A stretch of DNA of 64,000 nucleotides. Source: a bacterium (lineage in GTDB: Bacteria > Verrucomicrobiota > Verrucomicrobiia > Limisphaerales > J093). Where the stretch lies: positions 3,615-67,614 of the forward strand of contig JAJXZJ010000032.1 of the NCBI GenBank assembly GCA_021780105.1, read 5' to 3'. This document shows, piece after piece, positions 20,033 to 30,356 of the stretch. The notes beneath the pieces are model-generated. The model ran no database searches. It was not told where the DNA came from and worked only from the letters and a program-made list of their open reading frames with translations. The position numbers were made by a program, and so were the translations under genes. The stretch's first letter is position 1, and each line of letters begins with the position of its first letter.

Positions 20033-20124
20033 CACTGGCACGCCCAGATGGCAGCCGTTGTCCCGTTAATCCAAACCAGGCCCCACTGTTACTACGGGAA
20101 TTCGCATTTAAGATTACAGGTATT
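20033..20124 (-). promoter_or_regulatory. Conserved upstream regulatory region, copy 2
   Basis: Matches 19020-19111 (see that feature). Confidence 0.6.
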
Positions 20125-20324
20125 CGCTTCGCTGCCGGTGTGGCCTGTGAAATACCAACAACCGTTGTGCATGAAATGCCGTGTCACCGATGGCTTTGGT
20201 GTCCGAGTCAGTGAGTATTTCCCCGGGCGTGGCACGGCCGCCTGGCGCAACGGGCTTTACGCCCTCCATTTTCGTCGTTACGCTCCGCCGTCAGCTCTGT
20301 CCAACTCAGCGCACGCAACGGTCT

Positions 20325-21077
20325 ATGATCGAAGTTGAAGGACTCACCAAGCTCTTCGGCGATTTTGTCGCCGTGCGGGATCTTTCGTTCACCGTCAAGC
20401 CGGGCGAAGTCATGGGCCTGGTGGGGCCGAATGGCGCAGGCAAGACCACGACGCTGCGCTGTTTGTCCGGGATCATTCCGGCATCCCGCGGCAGCATCCG
20501 GCTGGCGGGCAGTGATCTCCGCGTGTCGGCGGTCGCCGCGAAACAGGAGCTGGCGTATTTCCCGGATGAACCGCGGCTGTTCGATTATCTCACCGTCCGG
20601 CAACACCTGAACTTCACGGCGCGGCTCTACCAGGTGCGGGATTACGAGCCGCGGGCAGCGCAGTTGCTGGCCGAACTGGAACTCACCGACAAAGCCGACA
20701 ACCTGCCGCCCGAACTTTCGCGCGGCATGAAGCAAAAACTGGCCATTGCCTGCGGCCTGCTGCACTCGCCGAAGGTGATTTTCTTCGATGAACCCCTGAC
20801 CGGGCTGGACCCCTACGGCATCCGCGGCATGAAGGACGCGATCCTGCGGCGCGCGCGGGACGGCATGGCGATCATCATCAGCTCACACCTGTTGCATCTG
20901 GTGGACGAGATTTGCTCGCACCTGCTGATCTTGAAACAGGGCGGGAAAGTGGCACATGGAACGATCGAGGACGTGCGGCGGCAGTTCGCGGAATCCGCAC
21001 CGGACACGAGTCTGGAGGAAGTGTTCTTCCGCGCGACGGCCACGACGAAGCCGGCGGAACCAGAGGCGAGGTTGTGA
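20325..21077 (+). CDS. ABC transporter ATP-binding protein
   Basis: Walker A GPNGAGKTT, signature LSRGMKQK, Walker B IFFDEP, H-loop SSH. Confidence 0.92.
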   Translation: MIEVEGLTKLFGDFVAVRDLSFTVKPGEVMGLVGPNGAGKTTTLRCLSGIIPASRGSIRLAGSDLRVSAVAAKQELAYFPDEPRLFDYLTVRQHLNFTARLYQVRDYEPRAAQLLAELELTDKADNLPPELSRGMKQKLAIACGLLHSPKVIFFDEPLTGLDPYGIRGMKDAILRRARDGMAIIISSHLLHLVDEICSHLLILKQGGKVAHGTIEDVRRQFAESAPDTSLEEVFFRATATTKPAEPEARL

Positions 21078-22831
21078 ACGGCGCGCTGGTTTACCTGGAG
21101 GCATGTTCGTGGGGCAATCGCCTGCGGATGCAGGCCCGGCGGCTGCGCAAACCGAAATACCTGCTCGGCGCCCTGGTTGGCGGCGCCTATTTCTTCTTCC
21201 TGTTTATCGGCCCGATGCTGGGCATGGGACCGCGCGGCGCGCGTCTGGCCGTCTCGCCGCTGGGGGACGGCGTGCGGCCGTTGGTGGAAATGCTCGGTGC
21301 CCTGGGAATGGCCGCGATGGTGCTGCTGACCTGGCTCCTGCCGTCGCGCCGGGCGGCGGTGAACTTCAGCGAGGCGGAAATCGCGTTCCTGTTTCCCGCG
21401 CCGCTTAGCCGGCGGACGCTGATACATTACCATATTCTGCGGGCACAAATTCCCATCCTGCTGAGTTCGCTGCTGATGATGGTGTTCACCGGGCGGTTTG
21501 CCAGCGGCGGTCACTGGTGGTGGCACTGGATCGGCTGGTGGCTGGTGGTCAGCGCGCTGGAAATGCACCGGCTGGGCGCGATGTTCGTGATGACGCGGCT
21601 GCTGGACGAGGGCATGACGCCGTCGCGGCGCCGGTGGCTGGTGTTTGGCGTCGCGGGCGTGGTGTTGATGGTGCTCGTGGCTTGGGTTCGTGCCACCGTG
21701 CCGGCACCCGCGTGGGACAAGCTCGGCGGTCTGACGCAGATTACGGACTATCTGAAACAAGTCGCGGTCAGCGGGCCAGCCTTCTGGCTGCTGTTGCCCT
21801 TCCGGCTGCTGCTGCGGCCGATGCTGGCGGCCGACGGGGTGGCGTTCGCGCTGGCGGTGTTGCCGGCGCTCGCGGTGGTGGCCGCGTTGTATGCCTGGGC
21901 GGTGCGGTCGGAGGCCTCATTTGAAGAAGCGACGCTGGAATTCGCCGAGCGGCGGGCGAAAGTTGTGGCGGCCATGCGCGCCGGCAACTGGCACCTGACG
22001 CGGAGCAAACGGCGGCGGATCGGCGCGCCTTTCCGGCTGCGGCCGACGGGTCCGCGCGCCGTGGCACTGCTTTGGAAGAACCTGATTTCCGCCGGCAACA
22101 TCTTTACGATCCGGCTTTGGGCCGGCGTAGGCATCGGAGTCGTGACGATGGCGGCGATCTGCGCGACAACAACGCCGGGGGCCTTGGCGCCGAAAATTGT
22201 GACGGGAATGCTGATTGCCTGGACACCGCTGCTGTTCTGGCTGGGGCCGCAAATGATGGTGATGGATTTCCGCCAGGATCTGGCGGCGATGGAATTGCTG
22301 AAGACCTGGCCGCTGCCGGGCCGGCAGGTGGTGCTGGGCGAGGTGCTGGCGCCGGTCACGATTCTGACCGTGGTGCAATGGCTGTTTGTCACGCTGATCT
22401 TGGTGTCGTCCGGCGCGATCGGCGGAGTGCCGGTCACGCCCGCCACGCGGGTCGCCTGGGGGGCTGGCGTCATGATTCTGGCGCCGGGCATCAATTTGAT
22501 TTCGCAGCTTTTGGTCAATGGCGTCGTGTTGCTGTTTCCGGCCTGGGTCAAGCTCGGCGGGTTGGGGCGGGGGCAGGGATTCGAGGCGATGGGACAGCAG
22601 ATGTTGATGATGTTGGGGCAGATGCTGGCGCTGGGGCTGGCTTTGGTGGTGCCGGCCGGGCTGTTTGCACTGGTTTTTTTTGGCGGGCGCGCATGGTTGC
22701 CGGTGTGGCTGGTGGTGCCATCGGCCGCGCTCACGGCGTTGACGGCGCTGCTGGCAGAAGCGTATGCCGCGCTCTGCATGTTGGGGGATTGGTTCGAGCG
22801 GATGGACGTGTCCGACGAGCCGGCGGTGTAG
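21074..22831 (+). CDS. Putative ABC exporter membrane subunit
   Basis: GTGA overlap with the ATPase; many TM segments; FSEAEIAFLFPAP motif. Confidence 0.75.
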   Translation: MNGALVYLEACSWGNRLRMQARRLRKPKYLLGALVGGAYFFFLFIGPMLGMGPRGARLAVSPLGDGVRPLVEMLGALGMAAMVLLTWLLPSRRAAVNFSEAEIAFLFPAPLSRRTLIHYHILRAQIPILLSSLLMMVFTGRFASGGHWWWHWIGWWLVVSALEMHRLGAMFVMTRLLDEGMTPSRRRWLVFGVAGVVLMVLVAWVRATVPAPAWDKLGGLTQITDYLKQVAVSGPAFWLLLPFRLLLRPMLAADGVAFALAVLPALAVVAALYAWAVRSEASFEEATLEFAERRAKVVAAMRAGNWHLTRSKRRRIGAPFRLRPTGPRAVALLWKNLISAGNIFTIRLWAGVGIGVVTMAAICATTTPGALAPKIVTGMLIAWTPLLFWLGPQMMVMDFRQDLAAMELLKTWPLPGRQVVLGEVLAPVTILTVVQWLFVTLILVSSGAIGGVPVTPATRVAWGAGVMILAPGINLISQLLVNGVVLLFPAWVKLGGLGRGQGFEAMGQQMLMMLGQMLALGLALVVPAGLFALVFFGGRAWLPVWLVVPSAALTALTALLAEAYAALCMLGDWFERMDVSDEPAV

Positions 22832-22877
22832 AATTTGATTGAGCCGCGCCGGGAGGGTGGTGTCTGATGAACGCATT

Positions 22878-23858
22878 ATGGATGGCTCCTCAGTCTCTGT
22901 GTCCACCGCCGGGCGAAGCGGTTGGGATCAGTTTCGCGAGGAATTCGGCGGCGTCTGGCGCCAGTTGCCCAACAAGGGGGTGTTTCTGGGTCTGCTGGCG
23001 GCGTGGCTCCTGCTTTTTCAGTTCGTGGGAAACTCGACGTTTGGCTACCTCGACACACCGTCGCTGCTGACCTGGCTGTATCGGACCTACACGGCACCCA
23101 ACTCCCAGGATTCTCATGGTTTGCTGGTGCCATTTGTGGTTTTGGCGTTGTTTTGGTGGAAGCGCAAACAGTTGCTGGCCAAGGTGGGAGACCTCTGGAT
23201 GGCGGGCCTGGCGCTGCTGGCTGGCGCCACGGTGTTGCATATCGTGGGCTATTTGATTCAGCAACCGCGGGTCTCGGCGGTGGCGCTGCTGGTCGGGATT
23301 TTTGCGCTGATGGCGACGGCCTGGGGTTGGCGGCTGGCCACGGCCAGTCTCTTTCCCTTCGCGCTCCTGGCGTTTTGCATTCCGATCGGCACCATATCCG
23401 ACCCGATTACCGTGCCGCTGCGGCGCATCTCAACGGACATAGCGGTGGCCGTGGTGCGTCACGGGCTGAGTATTCAGGTGCTGCAAAACGGCACGCAAAT
23501 CCTCGATCCGAAAGGGAACTATAGTTATGAGGTTGTGGCCGCGTGCAGTGGCATCCGGAGCCTGGTGACGCTGCTGGCGCTTACGACGATTTATGGATTC
23601 ACCACGTTTCGGACCGGCTGGAAGCGGGCGTTGATGGTCGTTTTGGCCATGCCGCTGGCGGTGGCGGGCAACGTGGTGCGGCTGGTGGGAATCATCCTGG
23701 CGGCGGAGGCTTTTGGCCAGCGCGCCGGCGAGGTGGTGCATGAATGGTTTGGGTTTCTGACGTTTGCCATGGCCTTGCTGCTGTTGTTTGCCTTGGGACA
23801 TTGGTTGCGGGATTCAGAAGAGGTGCCGCCAGCGGAAGTGAAACGGGAGGCCGCATGA
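22878..23858 (+). CDS. xrt: Exosortase (EpsH family)
   Basis: Multi-TM; SHG, VVAACSGIRSL (catalytic Cys), NVVR (Arg), VHEWFG (His). Confidence 0.92.
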   Translation: MDGSSVSVSTAGRSGWDQFREEFGGVWRQLPNKGVFLGLLAAWLLLFQFVGNSTFGYLDTPSLLTWLYRTYTAPNSQDSHGLLVPFVVLALFWWKRKQLLAKVGDLWMAGLALLAGATVLHIVGYLIQQPRVSAVALLVGIFALMATAWGWRLATASLFPFALLAFCIPIGTISDPITVPLRRISTDIAVAVVRHGLSIQVLQNGTQILDPKGNYSYEVVAACSGIRSLVTLLALTTIYGFTTFRTGWKRALMVVLAMPLAVAGNVVRLVGIILAAEAFGQRAGEVVHEWFGFLTFAMALLLLFALGHWLRDSEEVPPAEVKREAA

Positions 23859-24616
23859 GCCGACGGCAGTGGATAATCGCTCTGGCGGGGGTGTTGATCA
23901 TCGCCAGCGGCGCGGCAACGTTGCTGCGGTTGAAGGCGATCCAGCGGCTGGGCGAGCCGGGCGTGAAGCTGGTGAAGGCCGGCGCCGAGGGCCGTTTGGA
24001 GGTGCCTTTGCCGGAACGTGTCCGGCAATATGCTTCGACCAACATCCCGATCACGGAGGTGGAACGGACCACGCTCCCGGCCGACACGACCTTTGACCGC
24101 CGGCTTTACACCGCGCCCAGCGGGGTGGAGGTGATGCTGATGGTCGTCTTGATGGGCTCGGATCGCACGAGCATTCACAAGCCGGAGTTCTGCCTCACGT
24201 CTCAAGGGTGGCAGATCATCCGCCAGGAAACCACCAGCATCCGGATGGACCAGCCGCATGGTTACAATCTGCCGGTGCGGAAGTTTGTCACCAGCCGGGC
24301 ATGGCGCGATGAGGCGGGAGAAATACACCGGCTGAACGGCGTTTACACCTTCTGGTTCGTGTCCGCCCACCGCGTCACAGCGAGCCACCTGGCGCGAATC
24401 GGCTATCTGACGCTGGATTTGTTGCGCACCGGAGTGCTGCCGCGCTGGGCTTACATCAGTTGTTTCACGGTGTGTCCTCCGGGGGAGGAGGACGCCGCTT
24501 TCGAACGGGAAAAGCAATTCATCCAGGCCGCCGTGCCTGAATTTCAAACCGTCGCGCCGCCGGCGCCCCGGGCCTCGTCGGCCATGTCGCAGAGCGACCG
24601 GGAGGCGCGGCGGTGA
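23855..24616 (+). CDS. epsI: Exosortase-associated EpsI family protein
   Basis: ATGA overlap with the exosortase; N-terminal TM; IHKPEFCLTSQGW motif. Confidence 0.8.
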   Translation: MSRRQWIIALAGVLIIASGAATLLRLKAIQRLGEPGVKLVKAGAEGRLEVPLPERVRQYASTNIPITEVERTTLPADTTFDRRLYTAPSGVEVMLMVVLMGSDRTSIHKPEFCLTSQGWQIIRQETTSIRMDQPHGYNLPVRKFVTSRAWRDEAGEIHRLNGVYTFWFVSAHRVTASHLARIGYLTLDLLRTGVLPRWAYISCFTVCPPGEEDAAFEREKQFIQAAVPEFQTVAPPAPRASSAMSQSDREARR

Positions 24617-24693
24617 ATCTCCGGCGTTGCGAGTTGACGGACGATTTGTTTGAATTCCCTCCAGATTAGGTTGGAATTACTGCCAGTCACAAG

Positions 24694-26091
24694 ATGTTGC
24701 GACGCCAAAAAGAGATTCGCACGCGAGTTCAGATGGTCCTGGACGCCCTGCTCTACGGGGTGGGGTTGTATCTCGCCCACGGAATACGCCGCCATTGGCA
24801 TTTGCCCTTCTTGAGCGGTCAGCATGAAATCCAGCCGTTTGAACTCTATGCCTGGTTGCTGGTCATTGTCATTCCAAGTGCGCCGTTGTTGTTGCACCTG
24901 AGCGGTTTTTACGAACGTCCCCTGTTGCCATCGTTGCGCGAGACTTCGTGGCGTTTGTTCCGCGCCTGCGTGTGGGCGGTGGTGGGGGTGATTCTGGTTT
25001 TGTGGTTGTTCCGCGTAAGCTCCGTGATTGCCCGGTCGGTGATCATTTACTTCGGTCTCATGAGCTACGTGCTGATCCTCCTCAAGGAGGAGTTGTTGCT
25101 GCGTTGGCGGCAGAGCAGTCTGGGGCGGCTGCAAAGTCAGAAGCGGTTGCTGTTGGTGGGCACGCGCGAGGACACGGCACGGTTGCAGGAGGAGTTGCAG
25201 AACGCCCAGGGCGACGACCTCAAGGTGGTGGCGCAGGTGGCGCTCGACAAGGAGCCGATCGAGCGGCTGATTCAACTCATGCATGAGCACTCCGCCAACG
25301 GCGTGATCCTCATTCCTCAGCACATCTACTTTGGCCAGATCGAACAGGCGATCGAGGTCTGCGAGCGGGAGGGTGTGGACGTCTGGTTGATCGCCGATTT
25401 CTTCAAGACGCAGCTTTCACGCACGCGGGTGGACGAGTTTTACGGCCGGCCAATGCTGGTGTTCAGCACCGGCCCCGAGAAGTCGTGGTCCGCGTTGCTG
25501 AAGCAGGTATTCGACTTCGTCGGGGCCTCCATTTTGCTGTTTCTCCTTGCCGTTCCCATGGTGTTGATTGCGGTGGCGATCCGGCTGTCGTCACCCGGGC
25601 CGGTGTTTTTCCGCCAGCAGCGCAGTGGTTTGAACGGGCAGCCGTTCACGATGCTCAAGTTTCGCTCCATGATCACCAACGCCGAGCAGCTCAGGCACGA
25701 GTTGGAAGCGTTGAACGAAATGTCCGGGCCGGTCTTCAAGGTCACGAATGATCCCCGCATCACCGGATTCGGCCGGTTCATGCGCAAATACAGCATTGAC
25801 GAGCTGCCCCAGCTCATCAACGTCTGGCGCGGTGAAATGAGCCTCGTCGGGCCGCGTCCGCTGCCGGTGGACGAGGTCAGGCGTTTCGATGATCCGGCCC
25901 ACCGGCGGCGGTTGAGCGTCCGTCCCGGGCTGACGTGTCTCTGGCAGATCAGCGGCCGGAACAACGTCAGGGATTTTCAGGAATGGGTCCGGCTGGACTT
26001 GGAATATATTGATCATTGGTCGCTTTGGCTGGACTTCAAGATTCTTCTGCGCACAATTCCTGCTGTCTTTACCGGCGCGGGTGCGAAGTGA
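24694..26091 (+). CDS. Polyprenyl-phosphate glycosylphosphotransferase (priming sugar transferase, WcaJ/WbaP-like)
   Basis: N-terminal TMs; [42 protein letters not shown]. Confidence 0.92.
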   Translation: MLRRQKEIRTRVQMVLDALLYGVGLYLAHGIRRHWHLPFLSGQHEIQPFELYAWLLVIVIPSAPLLLHLSGFYERPLLPSLRETSWRLFRACVWAVVGVILVLWLFRVSSVIARSVIIYFGLMSYVLILLKEELLLRWRQSSLGRLQSQKRLLLVGTREDTARLQEELQNAQGDDLKVVAQVALDKEPIERLIQLMHEHSANGVILIPQHIYFGQIEQAIEVCEREGVDVWLIADFFKTQLSRTRVDEFYGRPMLVFSTGPEKSWSALLKQVFDFVGASILLFLLAVPMVLIAVAIRLSSPGPVFFRQQRSGLNGQPFTMLKFRSMITNAEQLRHELEALNEMSGPVFKVTNDPRITGFGRFMRKYSIDELPQLINVWRGEMSLVGPRPLPVDEVRRFDDPAHRRRLSVRPGLTCLWQISGRNNVRDFQEWVRLDLEYIDHWSLWLDFKILLRTIPAVFTGAGAK

Positions 26092-26153
26092 GTCGAATCG
26101 AAACTTCGGCATCCGGCGGAAAGCATTATGCTGACAAACCCGACGCTCATGTC

Positions 26154-27182
26154 ATGAACCGGAAACGGACACGCGGCCCATCGCCAGCGAAACCGCCGGT
26201 TTCCGTCGTGACCGGTGGCGCTGGCTTTCTCGGCTCGCATCTGGTGGATCTCCTCCTGGCGCGCGGCCATCACGTCGTTGCCTTGGACAATCTGGTGACC
26301 GGCTCGGTGGACAACATTGCCCACCACGCCGGCGATCCGAACTTTCGGTTCGTAAAGCAGGATGTTACCGAGTTCCTTTTCCTGGCCGGACCGGTGGATT
26401 TCGTCTGGCACTTCGCCTCGCCGGCCAGTCCGATAGATTACCTGGAACTGCCCATCCAGACGCTCAAAGTAGGCTCGTTGGGCACGCACAAGGCACTGGG
26501 CCTGGCCAAGCACAAGGGCGCGCGGTTTTTGTTGGCATCCACCTCGGAGGTTTACGGCGACCCGCTGGTGCATCCCCAACGGGAGGATTACTGGGGCAAC
26601 GTGAACCCGATCGGGCCGCGGGGCTGTTACGACGAGGCGAAACGCTTTGCCGAAGCGATGACGATGGCCTATCACAACGAGCACGGCCTGGAAACCCGCA
26701 TCATCCGGATTTTCAACACCTACGGGCCCCGCATGCGGCTTAACGACGGCCGTGTCGTGCCGTCTTTCATCGGGTCCGCGCTTCGTCACCAGCCGGTGAC
26801 GGTCTATGGCGATGGCAGCCAGACCCGCAGTTTTTGCTATTGCTCGGACCTGGTGGAAGGCGCGTATCGGTTGATGATGAGCGACGAGCATTTGCCGGTC
26901 AACATCGGCAACCCCACCGAGCTGACGGTGCTGGAATTTGCCCGGTCCGTCATCCGGGCCACCGGCTCGCGGAGCCGGATTGTCTTTCGTCCGCTGCCGC
27001 AGGACGATCCCAAACAACGCCGGCCGGATACCAGCCGGGCGGAACGACTTCTGGGATGGCGGCCGCAGGTGCCGCTGGAGCAGGGGTTGGAACGGACCAT
27101 CGCCTGGTTTCGGCCCGCGGCACCGGCTTCCGGTCGGGCGACGAACAAGCGGAAGGCCGCAGCCGGCATGAGCAAGACTTAG
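26154..27182 (+). CDS. UDP-glucuronate decarboxylase (UDP-xylose synthase) family SDR
   Basis: [60 protein letters not shown]. Confidence 0.9.
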   Translation: MNRKRTRGPSPAKPPVSVVTGGAGFLGSHLVDLLLARGHHVVALDNLVTGSVDNIAHHAGDPNFRFVKQDVTEFLFLAGPVDFVWHFASPASPIDYLELPIQTLKVGSLGTHKALGLAKHKGARFLLASTSEVYGDPLVHPQREDYWGNVNPIGPRGCYDEAKRFAEAMTMAYHNEHGLETRIIRIFNTYGPRMRLNDGRVVPSFIGSALRHQPVTVYGDGSQTRSFCYCSDLVEGAYRLMMSDEHLPVNIGNPTELTVLEFARSVIRATGSRSRIVFRPLPQDDPKQRRPDTSRAERLLGWRPQVPLEQGLERTIAWFRPAAPASGRATNKRKAAAGMSKT

Positions 27183-27364
27183 ACAACCGACATTGACGAC
27201 TTGTGCATTTGAGGAACACAACGCAGGACGAAAATCGCGGAGAAACATTTTTCTGTTTGACCGCTCGATTTATTTCCAGTAACCACCATCGAACTTTCTC
27301 GATTTTGGCCCGGTTCTGGCTATATCGAAAGGCGTGAACTTTGCTGTAAACTCGAGAAGAACGC

Positions 27365-29248
27365 ATGTTGGGTTCAAAGTCATTTTTGTGCATTGATTTC
27401 GGCGCGGGCAGCTTGAAGCTGGCCGAGTTCGACATCAACGAGGGCGGAACGCTGCGGCTCTTGAATTACGGCACCAAGGCCTTGGGATTGGCCGGCGCCC
27501 AGGATTCTGCCCGTGAAGGCGTCGTGTTGCGTGGTTTGCAGGAATTGATGGGGAGCAAGGCCTTCTCCGCCAAGACCTGCAATGTCTGCGCGCCCGGCTA
27601 CCACGTCTTCTCGAAATTCATCAAGCTTCCTCCCGTTGACTCCTCCAAGATCACGCAGATCATCCAATACGAAGCGCAACAAAACGTTCCGTTTCCTTTG
27701 GAAGAGGTGGTGTGGGACTACCAGATTCTCGGCACGCTGCCATCGGGCGAACTGGAAGTGCTCCTGGTGGCAATCAAATCGGACATCGTCGAGGGATTGT
27801 TCCGGGCGGCGGAGAGCGTCGGCCTGCGGTTGGACCTGGTGGACGCCTCGCCGGCCGCATTGTGCAACGCCTTCCGCTACAACTACGGCGATCTGGACGG
27901 ATGCTCCATGCTGCTGGACATCGGCGCCAAGACCAGCAACGTCCTGTTCTTCGAGAAGGACAAGGTGTTTTCGCGCAGCATCAACATCGGCGCCAACTCG
28001 ATCACGCAGGACTTCGCCGCAGAGGCGAAAATGCCGTTTGTCGAGGCGGAGAAATTCAAGCTGAGCGACGGCTTTGTCAGCTTGGGCGGCGCCTACGAGG
28101 AGCCGGACAACCCGAAACAGGCGGCCATTTCCAAGATTGCGCGCCAGGTGCTCACGCGGCTGCACATCCAGGTCAACCAGACCATCCAGTTCTTCCGCAG
28201 CCAGCAGGGCGGCTCCGCGCCACAACGGTTGTTCCTGGCCGGCGGGGCTTCGATCATGCCCTACACCGCGCAGTTTTTTGCGGAAAAACTGAACGTGCCG
28301 GTGGAATACTTCAATCCGTTCCGCAACATCCAGATTGATCCCGCCGTCAACTTGGAGGAGCTGGCGAAGGTGGCGCACGCTTTCGGCGAGGTGGTCGGCG
28401 TGGGACTGCGGTCGCCGGCACAATGCCCGGTGGAGTTGAACTTGATGCCGAAGAGCATCCTCAATCGCCAGCAGTTCAACCAGAAAAAGCCTTACTTCGT
28501 TGCCACGCTCGTCAGTCTCATCATCGTGGTGTTTGCGATCGGCTGGTTTTTCGACAAGCTCCGCGCGGAAAAACAGTCGACGATTGACGAGCGCCAGCCC
28601 AAATTGGACGAGTTGAAACGCAAGGCGGACGATCTCACCGCCGCGCTCCACCGACGCGATGACACCCGCAAGACGGTGGATCAATACACGGATTGGATCG
28701 GTGCCCGTTTCCAATGGATCGATCTCATCGGCGAGCTGCGCCGGGTGCTCGAACGCACCGAGGCGAACACCAGCCGGACCGGCATCCGCAGCGGCCTGTG
28801 GATTGAGCGGATGGCGGCGCAGAGCAACGAAGGTTCGGAGGAAGCCAAGGAGGAAGAGGCCGAGGCGCCGCGCCCCATGATGGACATCCGCATGATGATC
28901 CGTTACGGACTTATCAAGCTGCCGCCCGGGGCTCAGGTTGGCGCGCCGGGGGCGGCGGACGCGACGGCGGCGGCCGATACCGCCGCGGCCAAGCCCGCGA
29001 CCAGTCCAGCTTCCACCAACACCATCCAAGTCATCAACCTGACCTGCCGCGGGGTGAGTTGGAACAAGCTTGATCCTTCGGCGGATGACCGGCTGGCCAT
29101 CGAACTCAAGAACCAACTGGACGCCAGCCCTTATTTTGAACACGGCACCAACGGCACGGAGCTGGCGGGCCAGATGGAACAGGACGAGAGCACCGGAACG
29201 TTCAAGTTTGACGTCAAGCTGAAGCTCGCGAAGCCCATCAAGCTCTAG
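27365..29248 (+). CDS. pilM: Type IV pilus assembly protein PilM fused to a PilN-like TM/periplasmic part (Amuc_1101-like)
   Basis: Actin-like IDFGAGSLK, EAQQNVPFPLEEVVWDY, LLDIGAKT, LAGGAS; then PilN-like LNLMP + TM + coiled coil. Confidence 0.85.
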   Translation: MLGSKSFLCIDFGAGSLKLAEFDINEGGTLRLLNYGTKALGLAGAQDSAREGVVLRGLQELMGSKAFSAKTCNVCAPGYHVFSKFIKLPPVDSSKITQIIQYEAQQNVPFPLEEVVWDYQILGTLPSGELEVLLVAIKSDIVEGLFRAAESVGLRLDLVDASPAALCNAFRYNYGDLDGCSMLLDIGAKTSNVLFFEKDKVFSRSINIGANSITQDFAAEAKMPFVEAEKFKLSDGFVSLGGAYEEPDNPKQAAISKIARQVLTRLHIQVNQTIQFFRSQQGGSAPQRLFLAGGASIMPYTAQFFAEKLNVPVEYFNPFRNIQIDPAVNLEELAKVAHAFGEVVGVGLRSPAQCPVELNLMPKSILNRQQFNQKKPYFVATLVSLIIVVFAIGWFFDKLRAEKQSTIDERQPKLDELKRKADDLTAALHRRDDTRKTVDQYTDWIGARFQWIDLIGELRRVLERTEANTSRTGIRSGLWIERMAAQSNEGSEEAKEEEAEAPRPMMDIRMMIRYGLIKLPPGAQVGAPGAADATAAADTAAAKPATSPASTNTIQVINLTCRGVSWNKLDPSADDRLAIELKNQLDASPYFEHGTNGTELAGQMEQDESTGTFKFDVKLKLAKPIKL

Positions 29249-29252
29249 TGAT

Positions 29253-30353
29253 ATGGCCTGGCTTAAAAAGAATCTCTATCTGGTGATCGTTGGCGCGGTC
29301 GCGCTGGGCTTGCTCGGTCTCGGCGGCTATTTCCTCTACGCCCAGATTGATCAGGAACACCAGATCACCGACGCGTTGAAAGCCCAAACCGAGCAAATGG
29401 AGACGCTGGACAAGAAGGAACCCCAGCCGGGCAACGCCAAGGTCAATAACATCGAGGCCGCCAAGGACCAGGAAAAGGATCTGGAAGCCTTTCTGGTCAA
29501 GGCGCGCAAAGCCTTTGTGCCGGTGCCTCGTCCCACGAACATTGACAGCGGGCAGTTCAAGATTCTTCTCGAGAACACGGTGGACGAGTTGCACCACTCC
29601 GCCGCCAGTGCCGGCGTGAAATTGCCGCAAGACTATGCGTTTACCTTCGCGGCTGAAAAACCGCTGATGTCGGTGGAGGCCAAAACCGTGCAGCCGCTCA
29701 CGGACGCGCTGCTGACGATCCGGGCGATTTCCAAAGTTATTTTCAACGCCCGCGTGCTGGCGCTCGACAGCATCCGGCGTGTGTCCATCACGGCGCAGGA
29801 CACCCCCAGCCCCACACCGGGCCAGTCGGACTATTGGAGCAAGAAGCCGGAAACCAACGAATTGGCCATCGTCACGCCCTACGAGTTTACCTTTCATTGC
29901 TTCACCGCGGAATTGGCTGCCGTGCTGCAGGAATTGGCCACCAACCGGTATTGTTTTGTCGTCAAGAATGTCACGGTGGATACCGCGCCCTCCAGTGTGC
30001 TGGACACTAATGTGACCGCCAATGGCGAGGCACCCGGCGCCACTCCGGCCATGGACTCGCGATATTTGATGATGATGCGCTATGGCCGGCGGTATTTCCC
30101 AAACATGCCAGCCACGCCGCCGCCCGAAGCAATGTCTCCCAGCGGTCGTCCGCCGATCAAGCGGGGGGGCATGACGGTGGTGCTCGACGAAAAGCCATTC
30201 CGTGTCGTTCTCCGGGTTGACGCCGTGCGATTGCTTGACAAGGACGGTGGCAGGGCGGGGGCGTCCGCGAAACCGGCTCGCGCGGCCCGAGGAGGGCCAG
30301 CGCCCGGTGATCCCGCCAATCAACAACCCACCGCAGGCGATTCCAGCAGGTAG
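29253..30353 (+). CDS. PilO-like protein (Amuc_1100-like)
   Basis: N-terminal TM, coiled coil, position after pilM(N). Confidence 0.65.
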   Translation: MAWLKKNLYLVIVGAVALGLLGLGGYFLYAQIDQEHQITDALKAQTEQMETLDKKEPQPGNAKVNNIEAAKDQEKDLEAFLVKARKAFVPVPRPTNIDSGQFKILLENTVDELHHSAASAGVKLPQDYAFTFAAEKPLMSVEAKTVQPLTDALLTIRAISKVIFNARVLALDSIRRVSITAQDTPSPTPGQSDYWSKKPETNELAIVTPYEFTFHCFTAELAAVLQELATNRYCFVVKNVTVDTAPSSVLDTNVTANGEAPGATPAMDSRYLMMMRYGRRYFPNMPATPPPEAMSPSGRPPIKRGGMTVVLDEKPFRVVLRVDAVRLLDKDGGRAGASAKPARAARGGPAPGDPANQQPTAGDSSR

Positions 30354-30356
30354 CCC

